From positions 9,029-73,028 of the forward strand of contig JAFRCV010000018.1 in NCBI GenBank assembly GCA_017404205.1: a DNA stretch of 64,000 bases, read 5' to 3'. The stretch comes from Erysipelotrichaceae bacterium (GTDB lineage Bacteria > Bacillota_I > Bacilli_A > Erysipelotrichales > Erysipelotrichaceae). Shown here in pieces: positions 28,952 through 36,055 of this stretch. The notes under the pieces were generated by a model, which saw only the letters and a program-made list of their open reading frames with translations, was not told where the DNA came from and did no database searches. Within the stretch, counting starts at the first letter, position 1. Each line of letters opens with the position of its first letter. The position numbers were made by a program, and so were the translations under genes.

Positions 28952-30882
28952 TATTTTTTGCTTACCAGAATATTTATAGATGCTTCGTATTTTTGATCAT
29001 TTGTCATTATTTTTACCTCGGATGATCCCATCTTTTTTGCGATTATCTGCCCCTTATTGACTCCTACAATATTGTTGTCTGAACTTTTTAAAACAATATC
29101 ATTATAGCTATAGCCATTGGGAATTTGTTTAATTGGGATATCATATGTATCACCAACATATAATACAGCAGCATATTTTTCTAATATGATCTTTTCAACA
29201 TTTTGTGTTATTGAATTATCCTTGATTTTCTTTAATTGTTTTTTTCTTGTACATGAATTCATTAATATGCCATTTTCAATATGTGTTTTATTGCCAAATA
29301 TTTGATTAGCAGTATCCAAGATATTTAGGTTTTTTGATAGGCCAAACTTATTCAGTAGCGTTTTTGATGTATTGAAATTCAAATCTAACACCCAATTTAA
29401 TGAAATATCGCCACATATCTTTACGTTGTTATTTTCTTTAGCGATTTCATCTAATGATGAATATGGCAGTTCACTTTGAATAATTTCTTCTTCACCTTCC
29501 TCATCATATAAATGAAATGTTGATTTAACGTTTGCTTTTATGCCACCATCAATTTCAAAGTCCATCAATCGATTATTTATTGCTTCTAAATTAAAATTGA
29601 TCCCTATTAAAGCTTTAGCGCTTCCTCCTAAAATAAAATCAACATCAGCATCGTTTTCATTTATTGTTCTTAGTAATCCGTTTTTTATTTCAAAGCCATT
29701 TTCTCTTCTGTTAGCCAAGACTACTTCAGCTTTGCCACTTGTGTAAATTTTAACCACAACTTCAATATTAAAATATGCACTTGGTATGTTGGGAATTGGC
29801 GTTTTAACTTCACATATTCGAATACTTGCTTCTACTTTGTCATCTTGTGGTTTAATTACTGACTTTAGCGAATTCAAAAAATTTTTTGCATCTAATTCTT
29901 TAAAATCTAAATAATAATTGTTATATCGTTCAACAGATACACCTAATTCGCTTGTTGTTTGATATGCCACTTTAAAATATGCTTCTTTTAGTTTTCCTTC
30001 TTTATAATCCCATTTATATGCGGGCTTCACATCACTTAAAGCTAAATCATAAAATACATTTACACCTTTAATGTTTTTCGATATATGAATGTCAATTCCA
30101 TTACTTTTAAAACTATAGCTTATGCGAAAGCCATCGTTATAAAACACTTTACTGTTAGATGATGACAATAATTGACGATTTAGATTTTGATATACTTGCC
30201 TTTCATCAACTAGATCACCTCCAGGAATATCGATAGCTTCATTAAAATCTATTTCATATGAGTCTTCAATGTTGATATCCTCAAATACTTCATTAACACT
30301 TGCGTTTTTTAATATATATCCATCTTCTTTTATTTCTTTGACTATTTTATAATCGCCATCAATAAGAAGGATGTCACCTACTTCATATTCCTCAAAACTT
30401 TTTAAAATTGTTCCATCATATTGTTCAATGTCTTTAACATCTTTAATATTTTCTTTCTCTTTATATTCATAACTTGAAATAAATGTTTGATTATTAATAA
30501 TATCAATGGCTTTATCTATTATCTCATTTGTTTCTTTTTTGCTTATGAGATTATTTTCTTTTTTATTCTTCGGAATAATATTTATATTTTTTAATTCGTT
30601 TAAATAGTTACTTTCAATATCTAATAGGCGACCAATTGTTATTGAAAGATATTTATAATCTAAGCCTAAATATAATTTATCTAATTCTTCTTGCTTTACT
30701 ACACCCCAAACTATTAAGTTACTTATTTTGTCATCTTCATTACTTAAGCCTGCTTTATCGCTTAACAGGCTTAAGTATTCTTTTCTTGTATAAGTATCAA
30801 CCTTTTTACATGATGCACATGTTATTAAGATTAATATTATGCAAAACGCTTTAATAATCTTATTACTCAAAGTTCGATGCAT
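28951..30882 (-). CDS. Lipoprotein of unknown function with a C-terminal Big_2-like Ig domain
   Basis: MHRTLSNKIIKAFCIILILITCASC looks like a lipoprotein signal. The C-terminal segment VGDTYDIPIK...SSDNNIVGVNKGQIIAKKMGSSEVKI is Big_2-like. The start overlaps the WXG gene by 20 nt, and the stop abuts the EssC-like start. Confidence 0.6.
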   Translation of the reverse strand: MHRTLSNKIIKAFCIILILITCASCKKVDTYTRKEYLSLLSDKAGLSNEDDKISNLIVWGVVKQEELDKLYLGLDYKYLSITIGRLLDIESNYLNELKNINIIPKNKKENNLISKKETNEIIDKAIDIINNQTFISSYEYKEKENIKDVKDIEQYDGTILKSFEEYEVGDILLIDGDYKIVKEIKEDGYILKNASVNEVFEDINIEDSYEIDFNEAIDIPGGDLVDERQVYQNLNRQLLSSSNSKVFYNDGFRISYSFKSNGIDIHISKNIKGVNVFYDLALSDVKPAYKWDYKEGKLKEAYFKVAYQTTSELGVSVERYNNYYLDFKELDAKNFLNSLKSVIKPQDDKVEASIRICEVKTPIPNIPSAYFNIEVVVKIYTSGKAEVVLANRRENGFEIKNGLLRTINENDADVDFILGGSAKALIGINFNLEAINNRLMDFEIDGGIKANVKSTFHLYDEEGEEEIIQSELPYSSLDEIAKENNNVKICGDISLNWVLDLNFNTSKTLLNKFGLSKNLNILDTANQIFGNKTHIENGILMNSCTRKKQLKKIKDNSITQNVEKIILEKYAAVLYVGDTYDIPIKQIPNGYSYNDIVLKSSDNNIVGVNKGQIIAKKMGSSEVKIMTNDQKYEASINILVSKK

Positions 30883-31159
30883 TTGAAGTAATTGTTGATT
30901 CTAAAGAATCGTATGTAGATACAGTGTAGTCTAAAAATTTTGCGTACTCTTCGATAGTTTGGCTTTCATCAATAAAGCGTGTTGCGAATTTCTGAAATCT
31001 TGCAATTATAGCTTCTTCTGCATTTGATTTCCATATAGAGCTAAGATCTAACATCATGCGATTGACATTACTTAACACATCATCCAAATTGGCATTTATA
31101 TTTCGAATGTTAATTGCACAATTGCTAACTTCTGGTAAAGTTATTCTAATATCTTCCAT
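30863..31159 (-). CDS. WXG100-like small helical protein (degenerate WxG, C-terminal YxxxE)
   Basis: 98 aa with SIWKSNAEEAIIARFQKF at mid-protein and STYDSLEST near the C-terminus. SD TAGGAGGAA. Confidence 0.6.
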   Translation of the reverse strand: MEDIRITLPEVSNCAINIRNINANLDDVLSNVNRMMLDLSSIWKSNAEEAIIARFQKFATRFIDESQTIEEYAKFLDYTVSTYDSLESTITSNASNFE

Positions 31160-31167
31160 AATTCCTC

Positions 31168-31470
31168 CTATATTTTTAGTCTGCTTGCTGCGCTAGTTAA
31201 TTCATCTTGGACTTCTTGATATGCTCTTGCACTAGCTCTTAAAAATTCTGCGTATTGGCGCATAATTATTGAAATTTGCCTAAAGTCATCCTCATACGAT
31301 TTAATTCGGCCATAAAAAGCCAAATTGTCCTTTCCTCCCCAATTTCCTGAAAGCTTATCAACTTCACTATAGAGACTTTGGTAAAGCCTTTGATAATCTC
31401 CATCGGCACTTTCAATCCTATTAGCTGTATTTAAAAGCTTACTTGGTTCAACATTAATTGATGTATTCAT
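31168..31470 (-). CDS. WXG100-family (EsxA-like) protein
   Basis: 100 aa from the ATG at 31470 (SD AGGAGGAA). LSGNWGGKDNLAFYGRI is a central W-x-G turn. The C-terminal pattern LRASARAYQEVQDEL is typical. Confidence 0.75.
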   Translation of the reverse strand: MNTSINVEPSKLLNTANRIESADGDYQRLYQSLYSEVDKLSGNWGGKDNLAFYGRIKSYEDDFRQISIIMRQYAEFLRASARAYQEVQDELTSAASRLKI

Positions 31471-31523
31471 GTTTTTTCCTCCTAATTCTTTATTATTCAA
31501 ATAAATAAAAAATCCTTATTTTT

Positions 31524-31559
31524 GTATAAAAAAATCGATTGCTTTTAAACAATCGATTT
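31524..31559 (-). terminator. Intrinsic terminator separating the SPFH operon from the WXG100 genes
   Basis: On the minus strand, AAATCGATTG-8 nt-CAATCGATTT is followed by UUUUUUUAUA. Confidence 0.7.
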
Positions 31560-31581
31560 GATAAAAGAATTTATTCTTATT

Positions 31582-31719
31582 TTATTTCTTACTGAAGCCT
31601 ATAATTGCGATTATAGCGAAAACAATAAGAGCAATAGCTAAACCTATGCCACTTGTCAATAAGCTGACAACTATAAGCATTGAGATAAAGCCGATAATTG
31701 AGCCACCATATTTTCCCAT
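31582..31719 (-). CDS. 45-aa hydrophobic small membrane protein (below the ORF-track cutoff)
   Basis: MGKYGGSIIGFISMLIVVSLLTSGIGLAIALIVFAIIAIIGFSKK, with SD GGAG upstream and a strong terminator after it. Confidence 0.4.
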   Translation of the reverse strand: MGKYGGSIIGFISMLIVVSLLTSGIGLAIALIVFAIIAIIGFSKK

Positions 31720-31757
31720 ACTTACTCCTTCACTTATAAGCTTAATTTAATTATACT

Positions 31758-31946
31758 TTAATTTTGTTTTTCAAATACAAGATCATATTCAAGTATATTT
31801 CCATAAGATCCAATAACAATTGGCAAATAACCTTTAAATGTGTATCCTTTTTTTGCCATGTCGAAGATTACTTCTTCGCTATCTTCAAAGCTATTAGATA
31901 ATAATCCGTTTTTTGATTTTACTCTAATTAATTGTACGTCTATCAT
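31758..31946 (-). CDS. DUF4177-like small protein
   Basis: 62 aa. The ..FDMAKKGYTFKGYLPIV..YDLVFEK pattern resembles DUF4177. It immediately follows the SPFH gene. Confidence 0.4.
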   Translation of the reverse strand: MIDVQLIRVKSKNGLLSNSFEDSEEVIFDMAKKGYTFKGYLPIVIGSYGNILEYDLVFEKQN

Positions 31947-31955
31947 ATTATCTTC

Positions 31956-32741
31956 CTAATTAGCTAAATCAATAATTGTGCCATTACCACCAGTTACTGT
32001 TGGCAATTCACCGTTCCATTTTTCAATCTTTTTGTATTCTATTACATTACTACTTAATGATTTAGATAAAATGTCATTTGCCTCAGCTTCAGCTTCTGCT
32101 TTGATTTTTAAAGTTTCGGCTTCAGCTTCTGCCTTTGTGATTGCCGTTTGTTTTTCTGTCTCAGCAGTTAATAATTTTTGTTGTGCAACTTGTTTTTCTT
32201 CTATTGCGTTAATATAAGCATCAGAGAATTCATAATTAATAATATTAACATCTGTAACAAACAAACCGAATTCATTTAGTTTTTCATTTAAACCCTCTAC
32301 TAAGCCTTCTGAAATAAGCACACGATTAACAACTGATTCTTCAGCAGTATATTGAGAAGTAATAGCTTTTAATACTTCATTTACTGCTGGAATAACGAGG
32401 ATGTTTTCATATTCAGAACCAATGTTTTTATAAATGTTATAAGATTGATTCTTATCTATACGATAATTGATCGCTAAATTTGTTTGTACTGTTTGCAAAT
32501 CTTTTGAAAAAGCTTCAGTTTCAACTTCTAGTTTTACAATACGGTTATCAATTTCAACGATCTTTTGAATAAATGGTACTTTCAAATGAAAGCCTTCTTG
32601 AAGCACATTATCTTCTACTTTTCCCATTGTAACAATTACACCAGTGTGTCCAGGTTTAACAGTTTTAATACTGCTTAATAATAAGATTAAAATAAATACT
32701 CCAACAATAGAACTAATAACAATTTTCTTTACGTTTTTCAT
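31956..32741 (-). CDS. SPFH/band-7 (prohibitin-like) membrane protein
   Basis: N-terminal TM helix, an SPFH core, and a C-terminal Ala/Glu-rich coiled-coil (AEAEAETLKIKAEAEAEAN). Confidence 0.85.
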   Translation of the reverse strand: MKNVKKIVISSIVGVFILILLLSSIKTVKPGHTGVIVTMGKVEDNVLQEGFHLKVPFIQKIVEIDNRIVKLEVETEAFSKDLQTVQTNLAINYRIDKNQSYNIYKNIGSEYENILVIPAVNEVLKAITSQYTAEESVVNRVLISEGLVEGLNEKLNEFGLFVTDVNIINYEFSDAYINAIEEKQVAQQKLLTAETEKQTAITKAEAEAETLKIKAEAEAEANDILSKSLSSNVIEYKKIEKWNGELPTVTGGNGTIIDLAN

Positions 32742-32751
32742 TTTGTCTCCT

Positions 32752-33279
32752 TTAATATTCTTCTAATTTCTTTAAATGGCTTTTTGCAAGCTTTTTATAT
32801 TCACTAGCAAGATAAGCATTTACCATCACTTCAAGAGCCATAAATAATTTCTCATTTTTTTTGTATTTTGATGGCATAGCTTCTTCAATTGCTTTGTGAG
32901 TATCTTCGTTTTTTAAATGATAGATTGAATTAGCGAATAGATTATATAAGTCTGCCTCACTTAATAAATCATCACTTTCATCTTCAACATCGCCATTAAC
33001 AAGTTCTAATAATTTGCCAATATCTTCAATTCTCATTGCTTCCTTTAATGAATTTATAAGCAGAATTCTTGCGACTTGTTTATCATAATATTTCTTTTTT
33101 ATCGGCTTAGCTACATATAACCTTTTGACCCAGTTTTGAATTACGCTTGGATCAAGTCCGCTTAAGGAACATATTTGGCCTAAACTCAATCCATCTGTTA
33201 ATTCAATAATGTTACTAAATTCCTCAAAAGGATTTGGGCCTTTAAATGGTTTTGTTGTTCCAGGTATCAGCTTTTTCAT
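32752..33279 (-). CDS. DUF1836-family protein (MerR-like HTH)
   Basis: LSLGQICSLSGLDPSVIQNWVKRLYVAKPIKKKYYDKQVARILLINSLK matches the DUF1836 pattern. Confidence 0.65.
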   Translation of the reverse strand: MKKLIPGTTKPFKGPNPFEEFSNIIELTDGLSLGQICSLSGLDPSVIQNWVKRLYVAKPIKKKYYDKQVARILLINSLKEAMRIEDIGKLLELVNGDVEDESDDLLSEADLYNLFANSIYHLKNEDTHKAIEEAMPSKYKKNEKLFMALEVMVNAYLASEYKKLAKSHLKKLEEY

Positions 33280-33303
33280 CTATCATTTCCTCCTTCTACT
33301 ATG

Positions 33304-33332
33304 ATAGTATCATATGGTCATTTGACTGTCAA
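33304..33332 (-). promoter_or_regulatory. Sigma-A-type promoter of the DUF1836-SPFH operon
   Basis: Minus strand: TTGACA (33327-33332), a 17 nt spacer, then TACTAT (33304-33309). Confidence 0.5.
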
Positions 33333-33344
33333 CAAGTATTTAAT

Positions 33345-33372
33345 AAAAAAGTCACATTTTTTGTGACTTTTA
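33345..33372. terminator. Bidirectional hairpin terminator
   Basis: AAAAGTCACA-ttttt-TGTGACTTTT. Confidence 0.65.
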
Positions 33373-33378
33373 GTAATT

Positions 33379-33687
33379 TTATCTGTATGCTTTATTTAAC
33401 TTATCTTTAATAGAATTTTCTTGTTGAAGACCTAAGAATTGATCTACAACTTCGCCATCCTTTAAGAAGAATACAGATGGAATAGACATTACACCGTAAC
33501 TAACCGCAAGGTCTTGTTCATCATCTACATTAACTTTAACAAATGTAACATCAGGATATTCTTCAGCAACTTTTTCCATGATAGGTCCAAGCATCTTACA
33601 AGGCCCACACCAATCTGCGAAGAAATCAACTACAAGATTACCATTGTTTTTTAATTCGTTAAATTCTTGTTCATTAACAATGCACAT
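33379..33687 (-). CDS. trxA: Thioredoxin
   Basis: 102 aa with the WCGPC active site. Confidence 0.93.
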   Translation of the reverse strand: MCIVNEQEFNELKNNGNLVVDFFADWCGPCKMLGPIMEKVAEEYPDVTFVKVNVDDEQDLAVSYGVMSIPSVFFLKDGEVVDQFLGLQQENSIKDKLNKAYR

Positions 33688-33697
33688 ATTTCGCTCC

Positions 33698-34423
33698 TTA
33701 TCTATTTAATAATTTTGCGGCACTTTCATCTACCACTACTACTACATTATCATGTTTTTGCAAAATTGATGCTGGACATGCTTCTTGAATTTCACCTTCA
33801 ACCATTGCTTTTACAGCTTCAGCCTTATTTTCGCCTGTAGCAATCAAGATAATCTTTTTAGCTCTCATAATAGTTGCTATACCTTGAGTTACAGCTTGAT
33901 GAGGAACTTTGTTCATATCAAAGTCAAAGAATCTCGCATTATCTTTGATTGTTGGTTCAAGTAAATCAGTAACATGTGTAATAGAATCAAATGGTGTTCC
34001 TGGCTCATTAAAAGCAATATGCCCATCACTTCCAATTCCTAATACTTGAATATCAATTGGATTTTCTTCAATCATTTTGTCATAAGCTAAAGCTTGGCCT
34101 TCCAAGTCTTCGCCTAATCCGCTTGGAACATGAGTATTTTCCTCAGGAATATCAATATGATTGAATAGATTTGTATGCATAAATGCATAATAACTTTCAG
34201 GATGAGTAATTGGTAAACCAACATATTCATCTAGATTAAATGTTTTGATGTCTTTATAAGAAGTTCCATTCTTTTTATGATCATCAACCATTCTTGCATA
34301 TAGGCCAAGTGGACTAGAACCAGTAGCTAAGCCTAATACTTTGCCAGCAACAAGATATTCTTTCATTTCCTTAAACATCACATCACTAGCTTCTTCATAA
34401 TTTTTTGTTACTATAACTTTCAT
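33698..34423 (-). CDS. nagB: Glucosamine-6-phosphate deaminase/isomerase
   Basis: 241 aa with GLATGSSP, FNLDEYVGL and LGIGSDGHIAFNEPG. SD AGGAGG. Confidence 0.92.
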   Translation of the reverse strand: MKVIVTKNYEEASDVMFKEMKEYLVAGKVLGLATGSSPLGLYARMVDDHKKNGTSYKDIKTFNLDEYVGLPITHPESYYAFMHTNLFNHIDIPEENTHVPSGLGEDLEGQALAYDKMIEENPIDIQVLGIGSDGHIAFNEPGTPFDSITHVTDLLEPTIKDNARFFDFDMNKVPHQAVTQGIATIMRAKKIILIATGENKAEAVKAMVEGEIQEACPASILQKHDNVVVVVDESAAKLLNR

Positions 34424-34444
34424 AATATCCTCCTAAAAAGCTTG

Positions 34445-34600
34445 ATATTTTAAGAGTAAAATAATTCCTTCGCTATGTATCTGTTTTGAGATTGTTCTCA
34501 TATTTGTCACAACGTTCGTGTAGGTAACACGTAGGAGCATCCGCCGAATCTTTCGAGAACCCCTATCCTCGTCAACCCCATGGGTCCAGGCGCTAATACC
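34445..34600 (-). ncRNA. glmS-type GlcN6P-dependent self-cleaving ribozyme in the nagB 5' leader
   Basis: The minus-strand RNA reads AGCGCCUGGACCCAUGGGGUUGACGAGGAUAGGGGUUCUCGAAAGAUUCGGCGGAUGCUCCUACGUGUUACCUACACG... It reproduces the glmS core blocks AGCGCC, GACGAGGAU and UCGAA..UUCGGCGGAUGC, with P1, P3 and P4-like hairpins. A TATAAT box (34612-34617) lies about 15 nt upstream. Confidence 0.8.
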
Positions 34601-34623
34601 AAGCTTTTATCATTATACAACAA

Positions 34624-34650
34624 CACAATAAAAGTGTGGATAACCACACT
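34624..34650 (-). terminator. Intrinsic terminator after the nfnB-like gene
   Basis: Minus strand: AGTGTGG-ttat-CCACACT followed by UUUUAUU, overlapping the stop codon. Confidence 0.6.
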
Positions 34651-36053
34651 TAATTATTTAAATATTCATCAATTGATTTAGCTGCTATCTTACCAGCTCC
34701 CATTGCTGAAATAACAGTTGCAGCGCCCGTAACAGCATCTCCACCAGCATAAACTCTATCTTTGCTGGTCTTTCCACTTTCATCAACAATGATTCCGCCT
34801 TTTCTTGTTACTTCAAGACCTTCAGTTGTTGATTTAATAAGTGGATTTGGTGTTGTGCCGATAGCCATAATTACACAATCAACATCCATTTCAAATTCAC
34901 TGCCTGCAATTTCAACAGGTCTTCTTCTTCCATTTTCATCAGGTTCACCAAGTTCCATCTTTATGCATCTAATTCCTTTTACATAACCATTTTTAGGATC
35001 TTTTGGATCATCTTGATTGTTGTATGCAATAATTTCAACTGGATTATTTAATAATTTAAAATCAATCCCTTCTTCAATGGCATGTTCAACTTCTTCTTTT
35101 CTTGCAGGAAGTTCTTCCATTGAACGGCGATAAATAATATAAACATGTTTTGCTCCAAGCCTTAAAGCCGTTCTTGCAGCATCCATTGCCACATTACCTC
35201 CACCAACAACAGCGACATTGCCACCTTTCATGATTGGCGTTTCTGGATTATCTTTGTAAGCCTTCATTAAATTAGAACGTGTTAGAAATTCATTTGCTGA
35301 ATAAACACCATTCAATGATTCACCAGGAATTCCCATAAAAGAAGGAAGACCAGCACCTGAACCAATATATACGGCTTCATATTCTTCTAATAATTCATCA
35401 ACTGTCAATGTTTTTCCAATAATAACATTCGTATTTATTGTTACACCTAAGGCAATTAAATTATCAACTTCTTTTTGAACAATTGATTTAGGAAGTCTAA
35501 ATTCAGGAATGCCATATACTAATACACCACCTGCTTTGTGCAATGCTTCATAAATGCTTACTTCATAACCTTTTTTAGCTAAATCGCCAGCACAAGTTAA
35601 ACCACTTGGGCCACTTCCTACAACAGCGACTTTATGCCCATTTGAAACAGGCTTTTTAACATCAATATTTAAATTATTATGGTAATCGGCAACAAATCTT
35701 TCAAGTCTGCCAATACCTACTGGCTCGCCTTTAATGCCTCTTACACATTTTGCCTCACATTGGCTTTCTTGTGGGCAAACTCTTCCACAAACTGCAGGAA
35801 GTGCCGATGATTTTGAAATTACTTCATATGCACCATTGTAGTCTTTTTCTTTAATTCTTGAGATAAACTCAGGAATCGAAATATTAACAGGACAGCCTGA
35901 AACGCACAATGGATTCTTACAATTTAAACAACGTTCAGCTTCAAGTAAAGCTGTTTCTTCACTATATCCATAAGTTACTTCATTAAAGTTTTTAGATCTT
36001 GTCAAGGCATCTTGCATTGGCATTGGATTTTTAGTCATGCTCATATTAGGCAT
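34650..36053 (-). CDS. NADPH-dependent glutamate synthase small-subunit-like oxidoreductase (NfnB/GltD-like)
   Basis: Two Fe-S Cys clusters (CLNCKNPLCVSGCP and CGRVCPQESQCEAKC). FAD/NAD folds VAVVGSGPSGL and VAVVGGGNVAMD. Confidence 0.8.
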   Translation of the reverse strand: MPNMSMTKNPMPMQDALTRSKNFNEVTYGYSEETALLEAERCLNCKNPLCVSGCPVNISIPEFISRIKEKDYNGAYEVISKSSALPAVCGRVCPQESQCEAKCVRGIKGEPVGIGRLERFVADYHNNLNIDVKKPVSNGHKVAVVGSGPSGLTCAGDLAKKGYEVSIYEALHKAGGVLVYGIPEFRLPKSIVQKEVDNLIALGVTINTNVIIGKTLTVDELLEEYEAVYIGSGAGLPSFMGIPGESLNGVYSANEFLTRSNLMKAYKDNPETPIMKGGNVAVVGGGNVAMDAARTALRLGAKHVYIIYRRSMEELPARKEEVEHAIEEGIDFKLLNNPVEIIAYNNQDDPKDPKNGYVKGIRCIKMELGEPDENGRRRPVEIAGSEFEMDVDCVIMAIGTTPNPLIKSTTEGLEVTRKGGIIVDESGKTSKDRVYAGGDAVTGAATVISAMGAGKIAAKSIDEYLNN

Positions 36054-36055
36054 AT

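Noticed and set aside
31582-31719. The 45-aa hydrophobic ORF as an EssA-like component of the T7-like locus.
   Set aside because: A strong intrinsic terminator (31524-31559) separates it from the WXG genes. It follows the SPFH/DUF4177 genes without a terminator, so it more likely belongs to that operon.
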